From the NCBI GenBank assembly GCA_949297305.1, contig CASFSG010000068.1:19833-83832 (forward strand): a DNA stretch of 64,000 bases, written 5' to 3'. The notes beneath the pieces were generated by a model. It saw nothing but the letters and a program-made list of their open reading frames with translations, ran no database searches and was not told the DNA's origin. Numbering within the stretch: position 1 is the first letter of the stretch; every line of letters starts with the position of its first letter. Positions 48,334-57,634 of the stretch are shown here, piece by piece. This DNA comes from an uncultured bacterium. Lineage in GTDB: Bacteria; Bacillota_I; Bacilli_A; RFN20; CAG-826. The position numbers and the translations under genes were made by a program.

Positions 48334-49130
48334 GAAAATTTTTATTTTTGTAAAGATTTCTTGCTCGTTTATAAATATTTTATAAAAAAATTTAAACTTT
48401 TTTTGTCAAATTTATGTATTTTTTCGAGTTAACTATGGTTAACAATAGATGGAGTAAACTATCATTATTGAAGATATCTTCTTTAATTTTTAAAAAGCGA
48501 TTTCATCATTTTTCAAAGAACGACATAAGATATATTTAATAATATCTTAAATTTTTTCTCATAAAATTCTCACGCATTTAGAATATATCGATTTTATCGA
48601 TATTTTTAAGTCATCGGAGCAGTTCATAGGGTTTGAATTAGAAAAAATACTCGATTTTTTCTCGCCTTATTGGTGGAAACACCCCTCCCCTAGTCCCCTC
48701 TTTTGATATGGGGTATATTCATATTTAATCTTTCATTCTCCCCACAAACCTAAATTTTTGACTTCATTTCGCCAAATTACTCAAGTATTTATACTACAAA
48801 TTAAGTCCTTATAATGCTTTATTTAAAATATTTTTTATGAACAATTTACATATTTTTAAGTGCTCACACGCATACACGCATGCGGTCTAACTAATTCCAG
48901 GTATTTTATATAAAAATTAGATTATTCATAGATAGAAATATCTAGCATATATATAACGAGTGAGTATATATAAGATTAATTCTTCAATTAAGAAAGAGTT
49001 AATAAAATAAAATAATTAGGGAAAACATTAAACCTTTCTTATTAAGAAATTCAAACAACTTTCTTGAACCACAACTTTTTTTGTGCTACTATTTAGTCGA
49101 AATTGATAATTATAAATATTTTTAGTGTTC

Positions 49131-49562
49131 ATGAAAAAGAAAAATACTGCAAAAGAAGTAATCGACCAACTAACAAATTCCACCACTTTAAGCGACGAAA
49201 ATAAAAAACTCTGCACGAAAATATTTTTGGAACTTATGCCAGATGAAACTAGAAAAGTATTATCTGGAACTAACTATTACGAAAATGGTCGAGAACTTAA
49301 AATCGAAGATGCTAAAAAAGCTTTAGCGAAAATGTTGTGTGGTTCATTCACATATAAAGATGGTAAACAATTATCGCCAAAGCAATTGATTGATATGTCT
49401 GTCATTGGCTATACTTTAGCAAATCCAACCCCTCAGAATGTTAAAGCTCTTTATGAAACCGCAGGGTTGATAACGAAAAATGTCGATATCACCACCAACG
49501 GAAATTCTATTGATGCTTTTTTGCATTCTTTAGATTTATCTAACAACACGGAAAATAAATAG
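49131..49562 (+). CDS. small phage protein, possible small terminase subunit (by position only)
   Basis: 143 aa, immediately upstream of the large terminase. No motif recognised and no obvious SD. Confidence 0.3.
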   Translation: MKKKNTAKEVIDQLTNSTTLSDENKKLCTKIFLELMPDETRKVLSGTNYYENGRELKIEDAKKALAKMLCGSFTYKDGKQLSPKQLIDMSVIGYTLANPTPQNVKALYETAGLITKNVDITTNGNSIDAFLHSLDLSNNTENK

Positions 49563-49564
49563 AA

Positions 49565-51361
49565 ATGGCGAATAAAACAAGAAACTTCTCAATTTTTGTC
49601 CCCGATAGTAAAGGACTAAAACACGAAATACGCGTTTTAGATTTTATTGAGAACTTCTTATATATCCGACCAAAACCAATCAATTTATTAGAAGAAATTA
49701 GTGAAGGGGAAAATGAAAACTCTTCTTTAATCAAGTTTAAATTAAATCCACAACAAATGCGTTTCTATCTTCAAATTGAAGACGACTGGAAAAATTATCG
49801 CCCGATACGATACGCAATTTTAAAAGCTCGCCAAATTGGTTTTTCTACTTTAATAGCAGCAATTATTTTTACTGTGACGATTTATTCTCCGTATCGCGAA
49901 AGTCTAATCATCAGTGATAAAGACGACCACACTTCGAGAATATTTCAAATGTATCAACGCTTTTACGACCATTTGCCTGAACAAATTAAACCAAAACTCG
50001 ACTCAAACAAAAGAGGGACAATTATTTCGACTTCGTATGAGGCGACAATCAGCGTAGAAACCGTTAGTGACGATTTAGCTAGAGGTGCTACTTTAAAGTG
50101 CGCGCACGCCAGCGAATACGCAATGTGGCGAAAACAACAAGAGGCGATGGCATCTTTAAACTCAGCTGTTGCTTTATCGCCTGACACAATGTTATTTATT
50201 GAAACCACCGCTAAAGGAATGAATTTTTTTCGCGATTTATTTATCAACGCCTACGAAAACAATAATTCCAATCTAAAGGCTTGGTTTGAACCTTGGTATA
50301 AAAACAAAGACTATCGCAATCCGTATTACGGTCAAGAACTTTATCATAGCGGAACTTATGGAGATGAAATAAAACTTTTAGACGAATATCAAGACAAAGG
50401 AATGACTAAAGAAAGTCTAATGTGGCGAAGAGCACAAATTGATGCGATGGGTTTAGATTTGTTCCATCAAGAAAATCCTACTTATCCTGAAGAAGCGTTT
50501 TTATCAACTGGAGTAAGCGTATTTAATTCAATGATGGTAAATAAACGCATTCAAGAATTAAGAAATTCGCATCAAAAAATAATTAAAGGCAATTTTGAAT
50601 ATGACGCGACTTGGAGTGAAAATGGTCAAAGAATAAAGATTGATAATATCCGTTTTGCTGAAAATCCTAATGGTGATGTTTCAATTTTTGAAAAACCAAT
50701 TGAGGGCTATCCTTATGTAATTGGTGCAGACCCTGCTGGATTGAATGGCAAAGATTATTTTGTAGCACAAGTAATCCGCCACGATGGCAATAATCGCAAA
50801 CAAGTCGCGGTCTTTAGAAAACAAAAATTAGACCCTGATGAATTCGGAATGCTGCTTTATTGTTTGGGTTCATACTACAACAACGCTTTAATCGGTGTTG
50901 AAATCAATATGGGGCAAAACCCTAATAAAAGACTGGCACAAGCAGGATATCGAAAAATATACGTTCGCCAAAACATACAAGCATACGACGAACCCACATT
51001 AAATCAATACGGTATTTCTACTCAAGGCTCTAATAAATGGGATATGGTCAACACACTTAAAGAAAGATTTAGAGAGCACGAAGAAGAATTTAACGATTTA
51101 ACAACTTTAAATGAAATGCTAACTTTTGTTGTTTTAGATATTGGCTCAAGAGGAAATTATATCGTAGGCGCGGCAACTCAAAGCGACCACGACGACACAG
51201 TTATGGCGCTTGCAATTGCTCATACTATCGCTTTAACTAACCAACAAACAACAAGTGTTAATGTAGCAATACAAAAGCAAAAAGATATTCCCTTTGCGCT
51301 TAAAAATAATAAACAATCGAAAGGACACGGTTTATGGAAATCAGCAACTATATCATATTGA
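49565..51361 (+). CDS. terL: phage terminase large subunit
   Basis: ATPase block ILKARQIGFST (Walker A-like) and LIISDKDD. C-terminal RNase H-like nuclease with VIGADPAG and SDHDDTVMALAIA. Confidence 0.85.
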   Translation: MANKTRNFSIFVPDSKGLKHEIRVLDFIENFLYIRPKPINLLEEISEGENENSSLIKFKLNPQQMRFYLQIEDDWKNYRPIRYAILKARQIGFSTLIAAIIFTVTIYSPYRESLIISDKDDHTSRIFQMYQRFYDHLPEQIKPKLDSNKRGTIISTSYEATISVETVSDDLARGATLKCAHASEYAMWRKQQEAMASLNSAVALSPDTMLFIETTAKGMNFFRDLFINAYENNNSNLKAWFEPWYKNKDYRNPYYGQELYHSGTYGDEIKLLDEYQDKGMTKESLMWRRAQIDAMGLDLFHQENPTYPEEAFLSTGVSVFNSMMVNKRIQELRNSHQKIIKGNFEYDATWSENGQRIKIDNIRFAENPNGDVSIFEKPIEGYPYVIGADPAGLNGKDYFVAQVIRHDGNNRKQVAVFRKQKLDPDEFGMLLYCLGSYYNNALIGVEINMGQNPNKRLAQAGYRKIYVRQNIQAYDEPTLNQYGISTQGSNKWDMVNTLKERFREHEEEFNDLTTLNEMLTFVVLDIGSRGNYIVGAATQSDHDDTVMALAIAHTIALTNQQTTSVNVAIQKQKDIPFALKNNKQSKGHGLWKSATISY

Positions 51362-51663
51362 CAAGAAAAGAGCATAAAAAATTCCATGATTTTAAAAAAT
51401 TTTTAGAAATCATTGGATTAAACGAAAATGATTTATTAAGCCGTTTAAATAATTTAGAAAAAGAAAACAAAGAGCTGAAACAAAAAGTTCTCGTTTTGGA
51501 AAAAGCATTAAATTCACAAGAGGAATATTACAAAAATTACATCAACGAAAGACTTGACACTCTCGTGCTTAATATCCGCAAGAATTTACAAGAAACAACC
51601 AAAAACACTTTGTCTGTAATGCAAGCATCTTTTAAAGGAAACAAGATAAATGAAAACATCTAA
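51334..51663 (+). CDS. small coiled-coil phage protein
   Basis: 109 aa. Overlaps both the terL 3' end and the portal start. Heptad-like LNNLEKENKELKQKVLVLEKAL. Confidence 0.45.
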   Translation: MEISNYIILTRKEHKKFHDFKKFLEIIGLNENDLLSRLNNLEKENKELKQKVLVLEKALNSQEEYYKNYINERLDTLVLNIRKNLQETTKNTLSVMQASFKGNKINENI

Positions 51664-53821
51664 TCAAAGAAAAGATAATTTTAATAAAGAAATAAATACA
51701 TTACCGTATGAGTGTTTTAGACTTCATGAACAATATATGGAACAAAAAGGTTTTTCTTCTTGCATTCCTGAATGGTGGGCAATGTATGAAGGCAAACAAT
51801 TACCAGACGATTATAGCGATGATTTACCTAGAGCAATGGAAAATATCTGTTCCTGGGTTGTCGATAGTAAACACGCGACAATTTTAGGGACTACAACAAC
51901 ATTAAACTTTACTTGCTTTGATAAAACTATATCGACTGATGCTTTAAAGAAATTTGATGAATATCAACAAAAAGCAATTAAAATGGAAGCATTTAAAGAT
52001 AAGGTTGTTTTAGATAGTTTAGTTGGAGCATCTGGCTTCTTATATCATTATTGGAATGAAAACGCTAACTTTATTCGTGGTAAATCAAAAGGCTCCTTAT
52101 GTTTAGACACCATTCAATTTGAGGACTTCTTTTGTTCTAACCCTCGTTTAGACAATTTGCAAAAGCAAAAATATGTTGGTTTTCGTCGACGCGAAGAAGT
52201 AAAGGCTGTTCGCGAACTCATTGATAAAAATATTGAGAATTATGAAGAAATTATATCAAATATAGTCCCAGACGATTATTTAGAAAAACGCTCAAAATAT
52301 GATAACGATATCACAGCTCTTAACAGCGGTTTAGTCACAACTTATACAAGATTTTTTAGAATAGATGGCGAAGTATATTGGGAAAGGTCGACTAAAAGTG
52401 TCAATTTAGTAAACCCTACTGCTTTAAATCCTGATATAACTGAAAAAGAACTAAAAAATAAATTAAAAAAGAAAAGAAATGATGATGGCTATGAATATAG
52501 CCCAGACGATATGGAAATTTATGAAATTGACCCTGAAATACCATCGTTTCAAGATAATGAATTAGAAAAATCAAATAGTAAAGAATACGCAGACGAAAAA
52601 GAAAAAATGTCGCTTTACCCAATTTGCATTTTATCGCTAAAGCCGCGAAGAAATTGTCTATATGGTCGTAGTGAAATCGAAGATGTTGAAGACAATCAAC
52701 GCATCATCAACTTTAATATTGCAATGATTGCCAAAGAAGTTCAAGACACTGCTTGGGCAACCATTATTATGAAAGACGGCGCCGCTAATGGACAAACTTG
52801 GACTGGTTCCCCTGGTGGCGTATTTATCGATTATACACCAGGAAATTCTTTTGGTATTAAGCGCCTTGAAGGGAACCAACTTAACAGCGGCGTGATGCAA
52901 TATGTTATCAACTTAATTGATATTACTAAAATGATTACTGGCACAAACGAGCTTGTATCTAGCGAGAGTGGATTAAAAGATGTCACGGCTTACGCTTTGC
53001 AAATTTTAGAAGAACAACGAAATAAAAAAATTGAAATACTCCAAAATAGATATTGGCGTTTCCTTGTTGAGTGCGCAGAAATTCGTTTACAATTTTATAA
53101 ACACTACTATCCCGAAAGTTATTATTTAATCAATTTAACAGATGCAGAATACCAGGAAGAAAAACAAATTTATGACGACTTCTTAAAGCACCCTGAACAA
53201 ATAATAAATTTTGATAATCGCAATATAACAAAGGGCGAAGCGGCACAAATTAAAGGCGAGCCACTTCGTTATCAAAGAAAGAGTGTAAACCCCAAGGAGG
53301 AATGGAAAGGTCATATTTTTGATATTGTTTGCGAAAGCGGCAAAGGCACAAAATATAGCGAAATTATTGATGCCGACTTAATCAATACACTTTTCTTAAA
53401 TGGCGGCTATGACAAAATGACCACTGACGCTTTTGAAATGTGGCTTACACTTAATCCACTATTGTCTGAAAGTAGAAAAGTAGATATTAAAATTTTATTA
53501 GAAAAACAAAAAGCAAGCGAAAATAGCCAACTCAAACAAATGAATGCTCAACTTGAGCAAATGCTACAAACAGCCTTGTCGAGAGTTAAACAACTTGAGG
53601 CAATTTATAAACAACAAGGCCTATATGCAAAAGGCTTAGAAGAAAACTTTGCTCGTTCAATGAATGCCGCTAAAGAGCAAGTTGATATAAGAGAAAGAGA
53701 ACTTAATGAAATTCGAAAATCAATGAATACTCAACCAAACACCAACAATTCTTCACAAAATAGTAATAGGCAAACGATAACAAAAATGCCAAGCGTCGAA
53801 GAAATGATAAGAAATGGTTAA
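51650..53821 (+). CDS. phage portal protein (by position and size)
   Basis: 723 aa, directly after terL and before scaffold and capsid. C-terminal coiled coil and an Asn/Ser/Gln-rich tail. Confidence 0.6.
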   Translation: MKTSNQRKDNFNKEINTLPYECFRLHEQYMEQKGFSSCIPEWWAMYEGKQLPDDYSDDLPRAMENICSWVVDSKHATILGTTTTLNFTCFDKTISTDALKKFDEYQQKAIKMEAFKDKVVLDSLVGASGFLYHYWNENANFIRGKSKGSLCLDTIQFEDFFCSNPRLDNLQKQKYVGFRRREEVKAVRELIDKNIENYEEIISNIVPDDYLEKRSKYDNDITALNSGLVTTYTRFFRIDGEVYWERSTKSVNLVNPTALNPDITEKELKNKLKKKRNDDGYEYSPDDMEIYEIDPEIPSFQDNELEKSNSKEYADEKEKMSLYPICILSLKPRRNCLYGRSEIEDVEDNQRIINFNIAMIAKEVQDTAWATIIMKDGAANGQTWTGSPGGVFIDYTPGNSFGIKRLEGNQLNSGVMQYVINLIDITKMITGTNELVSSESGLKDVTAYALQILEEQRNKKIEILQNRYWRFLVECAEIRLQFYKHYYPESYYLINLTDAEYQEEKQIYDDFLKHPEQIINFDNRNITKGEAAQIKGEPLRYQRKSVNPKEEWKGHIFDIVCESGKGTKYSEIIDADLINTLFLNGGYDKMTTDAFEMWLTLNPLLSESRKVDIKILLEKQKASENSQLKQMNAQLEQMLQTALSRVKQLEAIYKQQGLYAKGLEENFARSMNAAKEQVDIRERELNEIRKSMNTQPNTNNSSQNSNRQTITKMPSVEEMIRNG

Positions 53822-53907
53822 AGCATACTTAGTATGTTTTGATAAATCGCAGGTGCGCAGCGTAAATGCACATTCACTACCCTTGTAGTGTTCAAGAAAG
53901 GGGGAAT

Positions 53908-54750
53908 ATGGAAAACCAAACCATAAATGCTGAGAAAGTGAAACAAGAAAACACTAATCAGGCGACAACACAAACGGAAACACCATCTTCCGAGGCTGAA
54001 ACTAATACTCAAAACGCTGAAGGCAAGGACGCTGAAACAACACAAAAAAATTCCGCTAACGAAGGCGATGACAAAAAAGTTGTTGATGAAGAGCAGAAGC
54101 AAAGTAAAGAATTAGACGCTAAATACGCAAAATTACGACACGAAAGAGATGTTGCAAAAGCCAAAGAGGCGGGCGACAAAGAAGGTTATAAGCGTGCAAG
54201 AATTAAAAGCGTAGGTGGTAAAAATCCTTACTCTGATAATTCACCTATAGAGACAGATGAAGATTATGAGTTTTACGAGCTTCAAGACGAAGTTAAAAAT
54301 CGTGGTCTTGACCCAAAAAACCCTTTAGATTGTGAGAAAGTTCGCCGCGAAATTGCTAAAAAGGCAAGAGAAGATTATGAAAAATCTTTAAGCGAAGAGC
54401 AAAAAGCACAAAACAAAGCCGACAAAGAAGTAAGAGATTATCTTGCTAAAGGTCATACCACCAAAGAACTTAATTACTATTTGAACAATCCACAATTTCA
54501 AGAGTTTAGCAACGACTTGCTCGGTGTTCTCCCCTTAGAAAATGTTATTAACAAATTTAATAAGATTTATGGAGAAATGCACAAAGAGATTGAAGAACAA
54601 ATTAGTAAAGAAGCTCGAAACAAATCTAATCCAGGTTCTTCAAGTTCGATAGAAAGTAATCCGATCAAAAAATCTATTCAACAAATGAGCGACGAAGAAT
54701 TCAAAACCTATATTGAAGAAATTAAGAGTGGGAAGCGAAAAATCAATTAA
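53908..54750 (+). CDS. phage scaffolding protein
   Basis: 280 aa, highly charged Lys/Glu-rich helical protein directly upstream of the capsid gene. Start set at MENQ with SD AAAGGGGG. Confidence 0.6.
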   Translation: MENQTINAEKVKQENTNQATTQTETPSSEAETNTQNAEGKDAETTQKNSANEGDDKKVVDEEQKQSKELDAKYAKLRHERDVAKAKEAGDKEGYKRARIKSVGGKNPYSDNSPIETDEDYEFYELQDEVKNRGLDPKNPLDCEKVRREIAKKAREDYEKSLSEEQKAQNKADKEVRDYLAKGHTTKELNYYLNNPQFQEFSNDLLGVLPLENVINKFNKIYGEMHKEIEEQISKEARNKSNPGSSSSIESNPIKKSIQQMSDEEFKTYIEEIKSGKRKIN

Positions 54751-54766
54751 CAGGAGGAATTTATAA

Positions 54767-55789
54767 ATGGCTAATTTAGGAACCAACATGACTAAAACTA
54801 CCGATTTAACCGCTTCACAAAAAGAAGTTGCTGCTAGAACTTTTATGCTAGAAGTCAACAAATTACACGACGATGTCTTTTATCGTTATGCTCTAAAAAC
54901 TAATTTTAGACCAGATAGTGACACTTATACATGGCGTCGCTATAACCAATTACCAAAAACCACTGCTTCTTTAACAGAAGGTGTTTCACCAACCGCATTA
55001 AAGACCACAATGGTTGAATTTAAAACCAAAGTTAATATGGAAGGCGCTTATGTTGAAATTAGCGATAAATTATTAACTTATGGGTTAGACGATCAATTAG
55101 TTGTTAATAGCGAATTACTCGGTGAAAACGCTTTTAATCGCCTTAATGATATTATTTATACCAAACTTCAAAGTGGTTGTAATGTTATGTATGCCGATGG
55201 CACGACCAGCAACGAAACTGCTGCTGCCAAAACTTTCACATTGGCTGATTTAGTTAAGATTAAAGCAATGTTTAAACGCTATGGTGTAAAACCTGTTGAA
55301 GGTGGCAAATATATTTTAGTTGCAGCACCTGAAGTCATTGCTGACTTTTTAAAGTCTAATGCTAGTAATGCGTCTTTCATCGATATTTCTAAATATACCA
55401 ATCCAAAAGAAGTTATTGATGGCGAAGTAGGAACTATTATGGGCTTTAGAATTGTTGAAAGTAATTTAATTCAACCAGTATCAGGAACCCCATCAGCGGG
55501 CAGCGGCACATATACTTATTACCCGTGTTTAGCCTTTGGCCGTGACGCTTTTGGCACTTTAAGTATTGACGGAACATCTGCTGACGCTAATGGTGTTGAA
55601 ATTATCTATCACGGGTTAAACGAAGCAGGAGGCGCTTTAAATCAATTCGCTACTCTTGGTTGGAAACATAATGGTTTCGGTGCGCGTATTTTACGCGATG
55701 AAGCACTTTGCCGCTATGTTGTTGGCGCATCAACCGCTACAGCTCCCGACTTAGAGGAAGACGATTTAACCGATGTCGTCTCAGGCTAA
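54767..55789 (+). CDS. phage major capsid protein (HK97 fold; resembles the N4 gp56-type family from memory)
   Basis: 340 aa with strong SD AGGAGG. Blocks WRRYNQLP...LTEGVSP...EGAYVEISDKLL...GENAFNRLNDIIY. Position after the scaffold gene. Confidence 0.8.
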   Translation: MANLGTNMTKTTDLTASQKEVAARTFMLEVNKLHDDVFYRYALKTNFRPDSDTYTWRRYNQLPKTTASLTEGVSPTALKTTMVEFKTKVNMEGAYVEISDKLLTYGLDDQLVVNSELLGENAFNRLNDIIYTKLQSGCNVMYADGTTSNETAAAKTFTLADLVKIKAMFKRYGVKPVEGGKYILVAAPEVIADFLKSNASNASFIDISKYTNPKEVIDGEVGTIMGFRIVESNLIQPVSGTPSAGSGTYTYYPCLAFGRDAFGTLSIDGTSADANGVEIIYHGLNEAGGALNQFATLGWKHNGFGARILRDEALCRYVVGASTATAPDLEEDDLTDVVSG

Positions 55790-55816
55790 TAGATAAGATT
55801 TTTAATACGAAGTTTT

Positions 55817-55839
55817 GAGTGTTCTTCTTAAAAACACTC
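55817..55839 (+). terminator. hairpin after the capsid gene (possible attenuating terminator)
   Basis: GAGTGTT-CTTCTTAAA-AACACTC; the T-run is only weak. Confidence 0.3.
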
Positions 55840-55858
55840 TTAAAAGGAGAATAAGACA

Positions 55859-56107
55859 ATGGCAGAAAAAGGACAAAATACTAGAAACAAGAAGGAAAGA
55901 ATTCCTTACTTTGTTCCAGTAGACCCATTAAATGAATGGGACAAAGACAAAAAAGTTATCGTTAATGGCAAACTGTATGCAATTAAACGCGGCAGGCAAG
56001 TTTTAATACCTCAAGAAGTTTATGAAGTATTAAAGCAAGAGGAAGAAAACGAAAATAAAATTCGTGAAACTTACGAAGAAAGAAAAAACGAATTTGCGAA
56101 AATGTAA
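55859..56107 (+). CDS. small phage structural-module protein
   Basis: 82 aa with SD AAAGGAG; charged C-terminus. Confidence 0.45.
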   Translation: MAEKGQNTRNKKERIPYFVPVDPLNEWDKDKKVIVNGKLYAIKRGRQVLIPQEVYEVLKQEEENENKIRETYEERKNEFAKM

Positions 56108-56123
56108 ATAAAGGAGATTGTAT

Positions 56124-56795
56124 ATGCGGTTAATCGATTTAGTCGTTAATTGTTTGAAAGAAACTTTTCATAATGATGATAAGACTGTTAATGCAGAAAA
56201 TATTAGAAGTGGTGAATTAGCACTTAATCCAATTTATTCTAATGAGCTTAACAATGTTTTATTGTCAATCAATAAGGCTATTTCTAGACTAATAACCGCT
56301 CATAAAATCCCTTTAAAGCGCGCTACCGTTGAGCCAAAAATCAGCGAAGAAGAGCCAAACGAAAAAAATGGTCGCATTTATGATATATCTTCCATCAAAG
56401 ATATACGGACAATAAAATCAATTTTCTATGTTGACCAAAACCAAGAAATTGTTTGGCTCTCTTGGCTCAATTTTAGTTCAAACGATATTGTTTACATTAA
56501 GTGTGAAAGAGATTTCAACAAACCTTTTAATATCATTTATGAACGGAAAATAAAAAATTTCACCGAGGAAGATATTTTGACTAACGATGACGATTTAGAA
56601 GAGGTTTATGGTTTAAGTGATGAACTTTGCAATTATATTAACTATTTTGCAAAAAGTGAACTTTTTGAAGATAGAGACCCTGATAGATGTAAGCGCTATT
56701 TGAATTATTTTGAAGCGTTTATTAGTGAGGTTAATAATGGCGAAACTTTCCCACACCAAGACCAGGTTAGACCGAAATATAGAATTAGAAGATAA
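56124..56795 (+). CDS. phage structural-module protein (adaptor/connector candidate by position)
   Basis: 223 aa. ATG at 56124 with GGAG 7 nt upstream; the track ORF begins at TTG 56118. Confidence 0.45.
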   Translation: MRLIDLVVNCLKETFHNDDKTVNAENIRSGELALNPIYSNELNNVLLSINKAISRLITAHKIPLKRATVEPKISEEEPNEKNGRIYDISSIKDIRTIKSIFYVDQNQEIVWLSWLNFSSNDIVYIKCERDFNKPFNIIYERKIKNFTEEDILTNDDDLEEVYGLSDELCNYINYFAKSELFEDRDPDRCKRYLNYFEAFISEVNNGETFPHQDQVRPKYRIRR

Positions 56796-56806
56796 CAGGT
56801 ATAGCA

Positions 56807-57634
56807 ATGGCATTTATTGATAAATTCAAAATTACATTAGCAAATAGCGAGCTCAATAGCAGACGATCTTTTAATGTTCAACAATTTTTTGGCGTTGATT
56901 ATACAGAAGCACAATCGCAAATTGCTAGCAACCACGCCACAGAGATCAGAAATATAATTTATAAAGATAAAGTTAATCAAAAAAGAACCGGCTTTGAAGA
57001 ACTAATAAAAGCAACTAACATACCTTATAAATTAAGCGCAACCGACACTGAAGAAAAAATAAATCAATCAAACATCAATGCTGTTTGGTCATTTGTTGGT
57101 GAAGATGAAAAAGAATATGTAATTGCTCATATTGGCTCTTTGCTTTTCTTTGTTAAAGGTATTGGTGAAGATAAATCATTTTTAGAAATGCGCCTAGAGC
57201 CTATGGCTGAAGTTATAGACAGCAAATATATTGTTCCTGGTGAATTAGAAAACTATAAATCAACTGCTTTTGTTGGCTTGCATAGACTTTACATACTTGG
57301 CGGAAATAAATTTTATGTTTTGCGAATAAATAACGGTGATTACTCGCTTAAGGCTGTTGAAAATGATGAAAATACATATATTCCGACCACTACTATTGGA
57401 ATTACATATAAAGATAGTTTGGTATCAAGCCAAAAACTGTTAGATGATGTAAATTTATTGTCCAAATATCGTAAAAATAAACTCGTTAGCGGCACCTATG
57501 TCGATGATGGTATTAGTGTTCGCACTACACAATTTTGGGACTATGAATTAGATACTTCAATTTTAGAAGAATTTAAGACCGATTTGAATAACATTAAAAT
57601 AACGATTTCTTCGTTAAGAAAGGTTGAAAATTAA
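56807..57634 (+). CDS. phage tail-associated protein, in frame with and directly abutting the giant ORF
   Basis: 275 aa. Blade-like motifs LLFFVKGIG and LYILGGNKFYVLRINNGDY resemble those in the C-terminal part of the next ORF. Confidence 0.5.
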   Translation: MAFIDKFKITLANSELNSRRSFNVQQFFGVDYTEAQSQIASNHATEIRNIIYKDKVNQKRTGFEELIKATNIPYKLSATDTEEKINQSNINAVWSFVGEDEKEYVIAHIGSLLFFVKGIGEDKSFLEMRLEPMAEVIDSKYIVPGELENYKSTAFVGLHRLYILGGNKFYVLRINNGDYSLKAVENDENTYIPTTTIGITYKDSLVSSQKLLDDVNLLSKYRKNKLVSGTYVDDGISVRTTQFWDYELDTSILEEFKTDLNNIKITISSLRKVEN

